Both the position numbers and the translations under genes were made by a program. The notes below the pieces were generated by a model. The model searched no databases. It saw only the letters and a list, made by a program, of their open reading frames with translations, and was not told where the DNA came from. DNA of 64,000 nt from the NCBI GenBank assembly GCA_964057225.1, contig OZ059899.1, forward strand, positions 18,042,001-18,106,000, written 5' to 3'. This document shows, one piece after another, positions 12,401 to 28,070 of this stretch (its first letter is position 1; every line of letters starts with the position of its first letter). Source of the DNA: Auanema rhodensis (Eukaryota; Animalia; Nematoda).

Positions 12401-14482
12401 GATTCCCCATGTCCATATTAGTCTAAAAACAAATTTTTATTGATACTGGTGCATGGTAACCATGACTTTGAAATTTACGTGAACTTTAATTTATGCTAAT
12501 TAAACGTACACGTGTTGTGCACTCGGTATGTAACTCGCTTCACGTGGAAGATAAAGAGATGCGGTTTTCAAAATTAGATTCCCCATGTCCATATTAGTCT
12601 AAAAACAATTTTTTACTGATATTGGTGCATGGTAACCATGATTTTGAAATTTACGTGAACTTTAATTTATGCTAATTAAACGTACACGTGATGTGCACTT
12701 GGTATGTAACTCGCTTCACGTGAAAGATAAAGAGATGCGGTTTCTAAAATTAGATTCCCCATGTCCATATTAGTCTAAAAACAATTTTTTACTGATATTG
12801 GTGCATGGTAACCATGATTTTGAAATTTACGTGAACTTTAATTTATGCTAATTAAACGTACACGTGGTGTGCACTCGGTATGTAACTCGCTTCACGTGAA
12901 AGATAAAGAGATGCGGTTTTCAAAATTAGATTCCCCATGTCCATATTAACCTAAAAACAAATTTTTATTGATATTGGTGCATGGTAACCATGATTTTGAA
13001 ATTTACGTGAACTTTAATTTATGCTAATTAAACGTACACGTGGTGTGCACTCGGTATGTAACTCGCTTCACGTGAAAGATAAAGAGATGCGGTTTTCAAA
13101 ATTAGATTCCCCATGTCCATATTAGTCTAAAAACAAATTTTTTTTGATATTGGTGTATGGTAACCATGATTTTGAAATTTACGTGAACTTTAATTTATGC
13201 TAATTAAATGTACACGTGGTGTGCACTCGGTATGTAACTCGCTTCACGTGAAAGATAAAGAGATGCGGTTTTCAAAATTAGATTCCCCATGTCCATATTA
13301 GTCTAAAAACAAATTTTTATTGATATTGGTGCATGGTAACCATGACTTTGAAATTTACGTGAACTTTAATTTATGCTAATTAAACGTACACGTGGTGTGC
13401 ACTCGGTATGTAACTCGCTTCACGTGTAAGATAAAGAGTTGCGGTTTTCAAAATTAGATTCCCCATGTCCATATTAGTCTAAAAACAAATTTTTTTTGAT
13501 ATTGGTGTATGGTAACCATGATTTTGAAATTTACGTGAACTTTAATTTATGCTAATTAAATGTACACGTGGTGTGCACTCGGTATGTAACTCGCTTCACG
13601 TGAAAGATAAAGAGATGCGGTTTTCAAAATTAGATTCCCCATGTCCATATTAGTCTAAAAACAAATTTTTATTGATATTGGTGCATGGTAACCATGACTT
13701 TGAAATTTACGTGAACTTTAATTTATGCTAATTAAACGTACACGTGGTGTGCACTCGGTATGTAACTCGCTTCACGTGTAAGATAAAGAGATGCGGTTTT
13801 CAAAATTAGATTCCCCATGTCCATATTAGTCTAAAAACGAATTTTTATTGATATTGGTGCATGGTAACCATGATTTTGAAATTTAAGTGAACTTTAATTT
13901 ATGCTAATTAAATGTACAAGTGATGTGCACTTGGTATGTAACTCGCTTCACGTGAAAGATAAGGAGATGCGGTTTTCACAATTAGATTCCCCATGTCCAT
14001 ATAAGTCTAAAAACAAATTTTTATTGATATTGGTGCATGGTAACCATGACTCTGAAATTTACGTGAACTTTAATTTATGCTAATTAAACGTACACGTGGT
14101 GTGCACTCGGTATGTAACTCGCTTCACGTGAAAGATAAAGAGATGCGGTTTTCAAAATTAGATTCCCCATGTCCATATTAGTCTAAAAACAAATTTTTTT
14201 TGATATTGGTGCATGGTAACCATGATTTTGAAATTTACGTGAACTTTAATTTATGCTAATTAAATGTACACGTGGTGTGCACTCGGTATGTAACTCGCTT
14301 CACGTGAAAGATAAAGAGTTGCGGTTTTCAAAATTAGATTCCCCATTTCCATATTAGTCTAAAAACAAATTTTTATTGATATTGGTGCATGGTAACCATG
14401 ACTTTGAAATTTACGTGAACTTTAATTTATGCTAATTAAACGTACACGTGGTGTGCACTCGGTATGTAACTCGCTTCACGTG
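9496..14482. repeat. Local higher-order repeat: 14-monomer (2464-bp) tandem duplication in satellite B
   Basis: Rare variants recur exactly 2464 bp apart: GATGAAG at 9737/12201 and the TACAAGTG-type monomer (ORFs at 11437/13901). Boundaries are approximate. Confidence 0.88.
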
Positions 14483-17400
14483 TAAGATGAAGAGATGCGG
14501 TTTTCAAAATTAGATTCCCCATGTCCATATTAGTCTAAAAACAAATTTTTATTGATATTGGTGCATGGTAACCATGACTTTGAAATTTACGTGAACTTTA
14601 ATTTATGCTAATTAAACGTACACGTGGTGTGCACTCGGTATGTAACTCGCTTCACGTGTAAGATAAAGATATGCGGTTTTCAAAATTAGATTCCCCATGT
14701 CCATATTAGTCTAAAAACAAATTTTTATTGATATTGGTGCATGGTAACCATGATTTTGAAATTTACGTGAACTTTAATTCATGTTAATTAAATGTACACG
14801 TGGTGTGCACTCGGTATGTAACTCGCTTCACGTGGAAGATAAAGAGATACAGTTATCAAAATTAGATTCCCCATGTCCATATTAGTCTAAAAACAGTTTT
14901 TTACTGATATTGGTGCATGGTAACCATGATTTTGAAATTTACGTGAACTTTAATTTATGCTAATTAAACGTACACGTGATGTGCACTTGGTATGTAACTC
15001 GCTTCACGTGAAAGATAAAGAGATGCCGTTTTTAAAATTAGATTCCCCATGTCCATATTAGTCTAAAAACAAATTTTTATTGATATTGGTGCATGGTAAC
15101 CATGACTTTGAAATTTACGTGAACTTTAATTTATGCTAATTAAACGTACACGTGGTGTGCACTCGGTATGTAACTCGCTTCACGTGTAAGATGAAGAGAT
15201 GCGGTTTTCAAAATTAGATTCCCCATGTCCATATTAGTCTAAAAACAAATTTTTATTGATATTGGTGCATGGTAACCATGACTTTGAAATTTACGTGAAC
15301 TTTAATTTATGCTAATTAAACGTACACGTGGTGTGCACTCGGTATGTAACTCGCTTCACGTGTAAGATAAAGATATGCGGTTTTCAAAATTAGATTCCCC
15401 ATGTCCATATTAGTCTAAAAACAAATTTTTATTGATATTGGTGCATGGTAACCATGATTTTGAAATTTACGTGAACTTTAATTCATGTTAATTAAATGTA
15501 CACGTGGTGTGCACTCGGTATGTAACTCGCTTCACGTGGAAGATAAAGAGATACAGTTATCAAAATTAGATTCCCCATGTCCATATTAGTCTAAAAACAG
15601 TTTTTTACTGATATTGGTGCATGGTAACCATGATTTTGAAATTTACGTGAACTTTAATTTATGCTAATTAAACGTACACGTGATGTGCACTTGGTATGTA
15701 ACTCGCTTCACGTGAAAGATAAAGAGATGCCGTTTTTAAAATTAGATTCCCCATGTCCATATTAGTCTAAAAACAATTTTTTACTGATATTGGTGCATGG
15801 TAACCATGATTTTGAAATTTACGTGAACTTTAATTTATGCTAATTAAACGTACACGTGGTGTGCACTCGGTATGTAACTCGCTTCACGTGAAAGATAAAG
15901 AGATGCGGTTTTCAAAATTAGATTCCCCATGTCCATATTAGTCTAAAAACAAATTTTTATTGATACTGGTGCATGGTAACCATGACTTTGAAATTTACGT
16001 GAACTTTAATTTATGCTAATTAAACGTACACGTGTTGTGCACTCGGTATGTAACTCGCTTCACGTGGAAGATAAAGAGATGCGGTTTTCAAAATTAGATT
16101 CCCCATGTCCATATTAGTCTAAAAACAATTTTTTACTGATATTGGTGCATGGTAACCATGATTTTGAAATTTACGTGAACTTTAATTTATGCTAATTAAA
16201 CGTACACGTGATGTGCACTTGGTATGTAACTCGCTTCACGTGAAAGATAAAGAGATGCGGTTTCTAAAATTAGATTCCCCATGTCCATATTAGTCTAAAA
16301 ACAATTTTTTACTGATATTGGTGCATGGTAACCATGATTTTGAAATTTACGTGAACTTTAATTTATGCTAATTAAACGTACACGTGGTGTGCACTCGGTA
16401 TGTAACTCGCTTCACGTGAAAGATAAAGAGATGCGGTTTTCAAAATTAGATTCCCCATGTCCATATTAACCTAAAAACAAATTTTTATTGATATTGGTGC
16501 ATGGTAACCATGATTTTGAAATTTACGTGAACTTTAATTTATGCTAATTAAACGTACACGTGGTGTGCACTCGGTATGTAACTCGCTTCACGTGAAAGAT
16601 AAAGAGATGCGGTTTTCAAAATTAGATTCCCCATGTCCATATTAGTCTAAAAACAAATTTTTTTTGATATTGGTGTATGGTAACCATGATTTTGAAATTT
16701 ACGTGAACTTTAATTTATGCTAATTAAATGTACACGTGGTGTGCACTCGGTATGTAACTCGCTTCACGTGAAAGATAAAGAGATGCGGTTTTCAAAATTA
16801 GATTCCCCATGTCCATATTAGTCTAAAAACAAATTTTTATTGATATTGGTGCATGGTAACCATGACTTTGAAATTTTCGTGAACTTTAATTTATGCTAAT
16901 TAAACGTACACGTGGTGTGCACTCGGTATGTAACTCGCTTCACGTGTAAGATAAAGAGATGCGGTTTTCAAAATTAGATTCCCCATGTCCATATTAGTCT
17001 AAAAACAAATTTTTTTTGATATTGGTGTATGGTAACCATGATTTTGAAATTTACGTGAACTTTAATTTATGCTAATTAAATGTACACGTGGTGTGCACTC
17101 GGTATGTAACTCGCTTCACGTGAAAGATAAAGAGATGCGGTTTTCAAAATTAGATTCCCCATGTCCATATTAGTCTAAAAACAAATTTTTATTGATATTG
17201 GTGCATGGTAACCATGACTTTGAAATTTACGTGAACTTTAATTTATGCTAATTAAACGTACACGTGGTGTGCACTCGGTATGTAACTCGCTTCACGTGTA
17301 AGATAAAGAGATGCGGTTTTCAAAATTAGATTCCCCATGTCCATATTAGTCTAAAAACGAATTTTTATTGATATTGGTGCATGGTAACCATGATTTTGAA

Positions 17401-20400
17401 ATTTAAGTGAACTTTAATTTATGCTAATTAAATGTACAAGTGATGTGCACTTGGTATGTAACTCGCTTCACGTGAAAGATAAGGAGATGCGGTTTTCACA
17501 ATTAGATTCCCCATGTCCATATAAGTCTAAAAACAAATTTTTATTGATATTGGTGCATGGTAACCATGACTTTGAAATTTACGTGAACTTTAATTTATGC
17601 TAATTAAACGTACACGTGGTGTGCACTCGGTATGTAACTCGCTTCACGTGAAAGATAAAGAGATGCGGTTTTCAAAATTAGATTCCCCATGTCCATATTA
17701 GTCTAAAAACAAATTTTTTTTGATATTGGTGCATGGTAACCATGATTTTGAAATTTACGTGAACTTTAATTTATGCTAATTAAATGTACACGTGGTGTGC
17801 ACTCGGTATGTAACTCGCTTCACGTGAAAGATAAAGAGTTGCGGTTTTCAAAATTAGATTCCCCATTTCCATATTAGTCTAAAAACAAATTTTTATTGAT
17901 ATTGGTGCATGGTAACCATGACTTTGAAATTTACGTGAACTTTAATTTATGCTAATTAAACGTACACGTGGTGTGCACTCGGTATGTAACTCGCTTCACG
18001 TGTAAGATGAAGAGATGCGGTTTTCAAAATTAGATTCCCCATGTCCATATTAGTCTAAAAACAAATTTTTATTGATATTGGTGCATGGTAACCATGACTT
18101 TGAAATTTACGTGAACTTTAATTTATGCTAATTAAACGTACACGTGGTGTGCACTCGGTATGTAACTCGCTTCACGTGTAAGATAAAGATATGCGGTTTT
18201 CAAAATTAGATTCCCCATGTCCATATTAGTCTAAAAACAAATTTTTATTGATATTGGTGCATGGTAACCATGATTTTGAAATTTACGTGAACTTTAATTC
18301 ATGTTAATTAAATGTACACGTGGTGTGCACTCGGTATGTAACTCGCTTCACGTGGAAGATAAAGAGATACAGTTATCAAAATTAGATTCCCCATGTCCAT
18401 ATTAGTCTAAAAACAGTTTTTTACTGATATTGGTGCATGGTAACCATGATTTTGAAATTTACGTGAACTTTAATTTATGCTAATTAAACGTACACGTGAT
18501 GTGCACTTGGTATGTAACTCGCTTCACGTGAAAGATAAAGAGATGCCGTTTTTAAAATTAGATTCCCCATGTCCATATTAGTCTAAAAACAATTTTTTAC
18601 TGATATTGGTGCATGGTAACCATGATTTTGAAATTTACGTGAACTTTAATTTATGCTAATTAAACGTACACGTGGTGTGCACTCGGTATGTAACTCGCTT
18701 CACGTGAAAGATAAAGAGATGCGGTTTTCAAAATTAGATTCCCCATGTCCATATTAGTCTAAAAACAAATTTTTTTTGATATTGGTGCATGGTAACCATG
18801 ATTTTGAAAATTACGTGAACTTTAATTTATGCCAATTAAATGTACACGTGGTGTGCACTCGGTACGTAACTCGCTTCACGTGAAAGTAAAAGAGATGCGG
18901 TTTTCAAAATTAGATTCCCCATGTCCATATTAGTCTAAAAACAAATTTTTATTGATATTGGTGCATGGTAACCATGACTTTGAATTTTACGTGAACTTTA
19001 ATTTATGCTAATTAAACGTACACGTGGTGTGCACTCGGTATGTAACTCGCTTCACGTGAAAGATAAAGAGATGCGGTTTTCAAAATTAGATTCCCCATGT
19101 CCATATTAGTCTAAAAACAAATTTTTATTGATATTGGTGCATGGTAACCATGACTTTGAAATTTACGTGAACTTTAATTTATGCTACATAAATGTACACG
19201 TGGTGTGCACTCGGTATGTAACTCGCTTCACGTGGAAGATAAAGAGATACAGTTATCAAAATTAGATTCCCCATGTCCATATTAGTCTAAAAACAAATTT
19301 TTATTGATATTGGTGCATGGTAACCATGATTTTGAAATTTACGTGAACTTTAATTTATGCTAATTAAACGTACACGTGATGTGCACTTGGTATGTAACTC
19401 GCTTCACGTGAAAGATAAAGAGATGCCGTTTTTAAAATTAGATTCCCCATGTCCATATTAGTCTAAAAACAATTTTTTACTGATATTGGTGCATGGTAAC
19501 CATGATTTTGAAATTTACGTGAACTTTAATTTATGCTAATTAAACGTACACGTGGTGTGCACTCGGTATGTAACTCGCTTCACGTGAAAGATAAAGAGAT
19601 GCGGTTTTCAAAATTAGATTCCCCATGTCCATATTAGTCTAAAAACAAATTTTTATTGATATTGGTGCATGGTAACCATGACTTTGAAATTTACGTGAAC
19701 TTTAATTTATGCTAATTAAACGTACACGTGGTGTGCACTCGGTATGTAACTCGCTTCACGTGAAAGATAAAGAGATGCGGTTTTCAAAATTAGATTCCCC
19801 ATGTCCATATTAGTCTAAAAACAAATTTTTTTTGATATTGGTGCATGGTAACCATGATTTTGAAAATTACGTGAACTTTAATTTATGCTAATTAAATGTA
19901 CACGTGGTGTGCACTCGGTACGTAACTCGCTTCACGTGAAAGTAAAAGAGATGCGGTTTTCAAAATTAGATTCCCCATGTCCATATTAGTCTAAAAACAA
20001 ATTTTTATTGATATTGGTGCATGGTAACCATGACTTTGAATTTTACGTGAACTTTAATTTATGCTAATTAAACGTACACGTGGTGTGCACTCGGTATGTA
20101 ACTCGCTTCACGTGAAAGATAAAGAGATGCGGTTTTCAAAATTAGATTCCCCATGTCCATATTAGTCTAAAAACAAATTTTTATTGATATTGGTGCATGG
20201 TAACCATGACTTTGAAATTTACGTGAACTTTAATTTATGCTACATAAATGTACACGTGATGTGCACTTGGTATGTAACTCGCTTCACGTGAAAGATAAAA
20301 AGATGCAGCTTTTAAAATTAGATTCCCCATGTCCATATTAGTCTAAAAATAAATTTTTATTGATATTGGTGCATGGTAACCATGATTTTGAAATTTACGT

Positions 20401-21379
20401 GAACTTTAATTTATGCTAATTAAACGTACACGTGATGTGCACTTGGTATGTAACTCGCTTCACGTGAAAGATAAAGAGATGCGGTTTTTAAAATTAGATT
20501 CCCCATTTCCATATTAGTCTAAAAACAAATTTTTATTGATATTGGTGCATGGTAACCATAACTTTGAAATTTACGTGAACTTTAATTTATGCTTATTAAA
20601 CGTACACGTGGTGTGCACTCGGTATGTAACTCGCTTCACGTGAAAGATAAAGAGATGCAGTTATCAAAATTAGATTCCCCATGTCCATATTAGTCTAAAA
20701 ACAAATTTTTATTGATATTGGTGCATGGTAACCATGACTTTGAAATTTACGTGAACTTTAATTTATGCTAATTAAATGTACACGTGGTGTGCACTCGGTA
20801 TGTAACTCGCTTCACGTGAAAGTAAAAGAGATGCGGTTTTCAAAATTAGATTCCCCATGTCCATATTAGTCTAAAAATAAATTTTTATTGATATTGGTGC
20901 ATGGTAACCATGATTTTGAAATTTACGTGAACTTTAATTTATGCTAATTAAACGTACACGTGATGTGCACTTGGTATGTAACTCGCTTCACGTGAAAGAT
21001 AAAGAGATGCGGTTTTTAAAATTAGATTCCCCATTTCCATATTAGTCTAAAAACAAATTTTTATTGATATTGGTGCATGGTAACCATAACTTTGAAATTT
21101 ACGTGAACTTTAATTTATGCTTATTAAACGTACACGTGGTGTGCACTCGGTATGTAACTCGCTTCACGTGAAAGATAAAGAGATGCAGTTATCAAAATTA
21201 GATTCCCCATGTCCATATTAGTCTAAAAACAAATTTTTATTGATATTGGTGCATGGTAACCATGACTTTGAAATTTACGTGAACTTTAATTTATGCTAAT
21301 TAAATGTACACGTGGTGTGCACTCGGTATGTAACTCGCTTCACGTGAAAGTAAAAGAGATGCGGTTTTCAAAATTAGAT

Positions 21380-24300
21380 TGCCCATTTCCATATTAGTCT
21401 AAAAACAAATTTTTATTGATATTGGTGCATGGTAACCATGACTTTGAAATTTACGTGAACTTTAATTTATGCTAATTAAACGTACACGTGATGTGCACTT
21501 GGTATGTAACTCGCTTCACGTGGAAGATAAAGAGATGCGGTTTTCAAAATTAGATTCCCCATGTCCATATTAGTCTAAAAACAATTTTTTACTGATATTG
21601 GTGCATGGTAACCATGATTTTGAAATTTACGTGAACTTTAATTTATGCTAATTAAACGTACACGTGATGTGCACTTGGTATGTAACTCGCTTCACGTGAA
21701 AGATAAAGAGATGCGGTTTTTAAAATTAGATTCCCCATGTCCATATTAGTCTAAAAACAATTTTTTACTGATATTGGTGCATGGTAACCATGATTTTGAA
21801 ATTTACGTGAACTTTAATTTATGCTAATTAAACGTACACGTGGTGTGCACTCGGTATGTAACTCGCTTCACGTGAAAGATAAAGAGATGCGGTTTTCAAA
21901 ATTAGATTCCTTATGTCCATATTAGTCTAAAAACAAATTTTTATTGATATTGGTGCATGGTAACCATGATTTTGAAATTTACGTGAACTTTAATTTATGC
22001 TAATTAAACGTACACGTGATGTGCACTTGGTATGTAACTCGCTTCACGTGAAAGATAAAGAGATGCGGTTTTCAAAATTAGATTCCCCATGTCCATATTA
22101 GTCTAAAAACAAATTTTTATTGATATTGGTGCATGGTAACCATGATTTTGAAATTTACGTGAACTTTAATTCATGCTAATTAAATGTACACGTGGTGTGG
22201 ACTCGGTATGTAACTCGCTTCACGTGAAAGATAAACAGATGCAGTTATCAAAATTAGATTCCCCATGTCCATATTAGTCTAAAAACAATTTTTTACTGAT
22301 ATTGGTGCATGGTAACCATGACTTTGAAATTTACGTGAACTTTAATTTATGCTAATTAAACGTACACGTGGTGTGCACTCGGTATGTAACTCGCTTCACG
22401 TGTGAGATAAAGAGATGCGGTTTTCAAAATTAGATTCCCCATGTCCATATTAGTCTAAAAACAAATTTTTATTGATATTGGTGCATGGTAACCATGATTT
22501 TGAAATTTACGTGAACTTTAATTTATGCTAATTAAACGTAGACGTGGTGTGCACTCGGTATGTAACTCGCTTCACGTGTAAGATAAAGAGATGCGGTTTT
22601 CAAAATTAGATTCCCCATGTCCATATTAGTCTAAAAACAAATTTTTTTTTGATATTGGTGCATGGTAACCATGACTTTGAAATTTACGTGAACTTTAATT
22701 TATGCTAATTAAACGTACACGTGGTGTGCACTCGGTATGTAACTCGCTTCACGTGTAAGATAAAGAGATGCGGTTTTCAAAATTAGATTCCCCATGTCCA
22801 TATTAGTCTAAAAACAAATTTTTATTGATATTGGTGCATGGTAACCATGATTTTGAAATTTACGTGAACTTTAATTCATGCTAATTAAATGTACACGTGG
22901 TGTGGACTCGGTATGTAACTCGCTTCACGTGAAAGATAAAGAGATGCAGTTATCAAAATTAGATTCCCCATGTCTATATTAGTCTAAAAACAATTTTTTA
23001 CTGATATTGGTGCATGGTAACCATGATTTTGAAATTTACGTGAACTTTAATTTATGCTAATTAAACGTACACGTGATGTGCACTTGGTATGTAACTCGCT
23101 TCACGTGAAAGATAAAGAGATGCGGTTTTTAAAATTAGATTCCCCATGTCCATATTAGTCTAAAAACAATTTTTTACTGATATTGGTGCATGGTAACCAT
23201 GATTTTGAAATTTACGTGAACTTTAATTTATGCTAATTAAACGTACACGTGATGTGCACTTGGTATGTAACTCGCTTCACGTGAAAGATAAAGAGATGCG
23301 GTTTTTAAAATTAGATTCCCCATTTCCATATTAGTCTAAAAACAAATTTTTATTGATATTGGTGCATGGTAACCATGACTTTGAAATTTACGTGAACTTT
23401 AATTTATGCTAATTAAACGTACACGTGGTGTGCACTCGGTATGTAACTCGCTTCACGTGTAAGATAAAGAGATGCGGTTTTCAAAATTAGATTCCCCATT
23501 TCCATATTAGTCTAAAAACAATTTTTTACTGATATTGGTGCATGGTAACCATAACTTTGAAATTTACGTGAACTTTAATTTATGCTTATTAAACGTACAC
23601 GTGGTGTGCACTCGGTATGTAACTCGCTTCACGTGAAAGATAAAGAGATGCAGTTATCAAAATTAGATTCCCCATGTCCATATTAGTCTAAAAACAAATT
23701 TTTATTGATATTGGTGCATGGTAACCATGACTTTGAAATTTACGTGAACTTTAATTTATGCTAATTAAACGTACACGTGATGTGCACTTGGTATGTAACT
23801 CGCTTCACGTGAAAGATAAAGAGATGCGGTTTTTAAAATTAGATTCCCCATTTCCATATTAGTCTAAAAACAAATTTTTATTGATATTGGTGCATGGTAA
23901 CCATGACTTTGAAATTTACGTGAACTTTAATTTATGCTAATTAAACGTACACGTGGTGTGCACTCGGTATGTAACTCGCTTCACGTGTAAGATAAAGAGA
24001 TGCGGTTTTCAAAATTAGATTCCCCATGTCCATATTAGTCTAAAAACAAATTTTTATTGATATTGGTGCATGGTAACCATGACTTTGAATTTTACGTGAA
24101 CTTTAATTTATGCTAATTAAACGTACACGTGGTGTGCACTCGGTATGTAACTCGCTTCACGTGAAAGATAAAGAGATGCGGTTTTCAAAATTAGATTCCT
24201 CATGTCCATATTAGTCTAAAAACAAATTTTTATTGATATTGGTGCATGGTAACCATGACTTTGAAATTTACGTGAACTTTAATTTATGCTACATAAATGT

Positions 24301-27300
24301 ACACGTGATGTGCACTTGGTATGTAACTCGCTTCACGTGAAAGATAAAAAGATGCAGTTTTTAAAATTAGATTCCCCATGTCCATATTAGTCTAAAAACA
24401 ATTTTTTACTGATATTGGTGCATGGTAACCATAACTTTGAAATTTACGTGAACTTTAATTTATGCTTATTAAACGTACACGTGGTGTGCACTCGGTATGT
24501 AACTCGCTTCACGTGAAAGATAAAGAGATGCAGTTATCAAAATTAGATTCCCCATGTCCATATTAGTCTAAAAACAAATTTTTATTGATATTGGTGCATG
24601 GTAACCATGACTTTGAAATTTACGTGAACTTTAATTTATGCTAATTAAATGTACACGTGGTGTGCACTCGGTATGTAACTCGCTTCACGTGAAAGATAAA
24701 GAGATGCAGTTATCAAAATTAGATTCCCCATGTCCATATTAGTCTAAAAACAAATTTTTATTGATATTGGTGCATGGTAACCATGACTTTGAAATTTACG
24801 TGAACTTTAATTTATGCTACATAAATGTACACGTGATGTGCACTTGGTATGTAACTCGCTTCACGTGAAAGATAAAAAGATGCAGTTTTTAAAATTAGAT
24901 TCCCCATGTCCATATTAGTCTAAAAACAATTTTTTACTGATATTGGTGCATGGTAACCATAACTTTGAAATTTACGTGAACTTTAATTTATGCTTATTAA
25001 ACGTACACGTGGTGTGCACTCGGTACGTAACTCGCTTCACGTGAAAGTAAAAGAGATGCGGTTTTCAAAATTAGATTCCCCATGTCCATATTAGTCTAAA
25101 AACAAATTTTTATTGATATTGGTGCATGGTAACCATGACTTTGAATTTTACGTGAACTTTAATTTATGCTAATTAAACGTACACGTGGTGTGCACTCGGT
25201 ATGTAACTCGCTTCACGTGAAAGATAAAGAGATGCGGTTTTCAAAATTAGATTCCCCATGTCCATATTAGTCTAAAAACAAATTTTTATTGATATTGGTG
25301 CATGGTAACCATGACTTTGAAATTTACGTGAACTTTAATTTATGCTACATAAATGTACACGTGATGTGCACTTGGTATGTAACTCGCTTCACGTGAAAGA
25401 TAAAAAGATGCAGCTTTTAAAATTAGATTCCCCATGTCCATATTAGTCTAAAAATAAATTTTTATTGATATTGGTGCATGGTAACCATGATTTTGAAATT
25501 TACGTGAACTTTAATTTATGCTAATTAAACGTACACGTGATGTGCACTTGGTATGTAACTCGCTTCACGTGAAAGATAAAGAGATGCGGTTTTTAAAATT
25601 AGATTCCCCATTTCCATATTAGTCTAAAAACAAATTTTTATTGATATTGGTGCATGGTAACCATAACTTTGAAATTTACGTGAACTTTAATTTATGCTTA
25701 TTAAACGTACACGTGGTGTGCACTCGGTATGTAACTCGCTTCACGTGAAAGATAAAGAGATGCAGTTATCAAAATTAGATTCCCCATGTCCATATTAGTC
25801 TAAAAACAAATTTTTATTGATATTGGTGCATGGTAACCATGACTTTGAAATTTACGTGAACTTTAATTTATGCTAATTAAATGTACACGTGGTGTGCACT
25901 CGGTATGTAACTCGCTTCACGTGAAAGATAAAGAGATGCAGTTATCAAAATTAGATTGCCCATTTCCATATTAGTCTAAAAACAAATTTTTATTGATATT
26001 GGTGCATGGTAACCATGACTTTGAAATTTACGTGAACTTTAATTTATGCTAATTAAACGTACACGTGATGTGCACTTGGTATGTAACTCGCTTCACGTGG
26101 AAGATAAAGAGATGCGGTTTTCAAAATTAGATTCCCCATGTCCATATTAGTCTAAAAACAATTTTTTACTGATATTGGTGCATGGTAACCATGATTTTGA
26201 AATTTACGTGAACTTTAATTTATGCTAATTAAACGTACACGTGATGTGCACTTGGTATGTAACTCGCTTCACGTGAAAGATAAAGAGATGCGGTTTTTAA
26301 AATTAGATTCCCCATGTCCATATTAGTCTAAAAACAATTTTTTACTGATATTGGTGCATGGTAACCATGATTTTGAAATTTACGTGAACTTTAATTTATG
26401 CTAATTAAACGTACACGTGGTGTGCACTCGGTATGTAACTCGCTTCACGTGAAAGATAAAGAGATGCGGTTTTCAAAATTAGATTCCTTATGTCCATATT
26501 AGTCTAAAAACAAATTTTTATTGATATTGGTGCATGGTAACCATGATTTTGAAATTTACGTGAACTTTAATTTATGCTAATTAAACGTACACGTGATGTG
26601 CACTTGGTATGTAACTCGCTTCACGTGAAAGATAAAGAGATGCGGTTTTCAAAATTAGATTCCCCATGTCCATATTAGTCTAAAAACAAATTTTTATTGA
26701 TATTGGTGCATGGTAACCATGATTTTGAAATTTACGTGAACTTTAATTCATGCTAATTAAATGTACACGTGGTGTGGACTCGGTATGTAACTCGCTTCAC
26801 GTGAAAGATAAACAGATGCAGTTATCAAAATTAGATTCCCCATGTCCATATTAGTCTAAAAACAATTTTTTACTGATATTGGTGCATGGTAACCATGACT
26901 TTGAAATTTACGTGAACTTTAATTTATGCTAATTAAACGTACACGTGGTGTGCACTCGGTATGTAACTCGCTTCACGTGTGAGATAAAGAGATGCGGTTT
27001 TCAAAATTAGATTCCCCATGTCCATATTAGTCTAAAAACAAATTTTTATTGATATTGGTGCATGGTAACCATGATTTTGAAATTTACGTGAACTTTAATT
27101 TATGCTAATTAAACGTAGACGTGGTGTGCACTCGGTATGTAACTCGCTTCACGTGTAAGATAAAGAGATGCGGTTTTCAAAATTAGATTCCCCATGTCCA
27201 TATTAGTCTAAAAACAAATTTTTTTTTGATATTGGTGCATGGTAACCATGACTTTGAAATTTACGTGAACTTTAATTTATGCTAATTAAACGTACACGTG

Positions 27301-28070
27301 GTGTGCACTCGGTATGTAACTCGCTTCACGTGTAAGATAAAGAGATGCGGTTTTCAAAATTAGATTCCCCATGTCCATATTAGTCTAAAAACAAATTTTT
27401 ATTGATATTGGTGCATGGTAACCATGATTTTGAAATTTACGTGAACTTTAATTCATGCTAATTAAATGTACACGTGGTGTGGACTCGGTATGTAACTCGC
27501 TTCACGTGAAAGATAAAGAGATGCAGTTATCAAAATTAGATTCCCCATGTCTATATTAGTCTAAAAACAATTTTTTACTGATATTGGTGCATGGTAACCA
27601 TGATTTTGAAATTTACGTGAACTTTAATTTATGCTAATTAAACGTACACGTGATGTGCACTTGGTATGTAACTCGCTTCACGTGAAAGATAAAGAGATGC
27701 GGTTTTTAAAATTAGATTCCCCATGTCCATATTAGTCTAAAAACAATTTTTTACTGATATTGGTGCATGGTAACCATGATTTTGAAATTTACGTGAACTT
27801 TAATTTATGCTAATTAAACGTACACGTGATGTGCACTTGGTATGTAACTCGCTTCACGTGAAAGATAAAGAGATGCGGTTTTTAAAATTAGATTCCCCAT
27901 TTCCATATTAGTCTAAAAACAAATTTTTATTGATATTGGTGCATGGTAACCATGACTTTGAAATTTACGTGAACTTTAATTTATGCTAATTAAACGTACA
28001 CGTGGTGTGCACTCGGTATGTAACTCGCTTCACGTGTAAGATAAAGAGATGCGGTTTTCAAAATTAGATT
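21380..28070. repeat. Blocks duplicated at 26-monomer spacing (4577 bp = 26x176+1) in satellite B
   Basis: ATTGCCCAT at 21381/25958, TTCCTTATG at 21911/26488, GTAGACGTG at 22541/27118 and the 9-T monomer all recur 4577 bp apart. Boundaries are approximate. Confidence 0.85.

Noticed and set aside
11437-17603. Three 60-aa ORFs (MLIKCTSDVH...) in satellite B
   Set aside because: Chance read-through in one variant monomer that was then duplicated. Useful only as an HOR marker.
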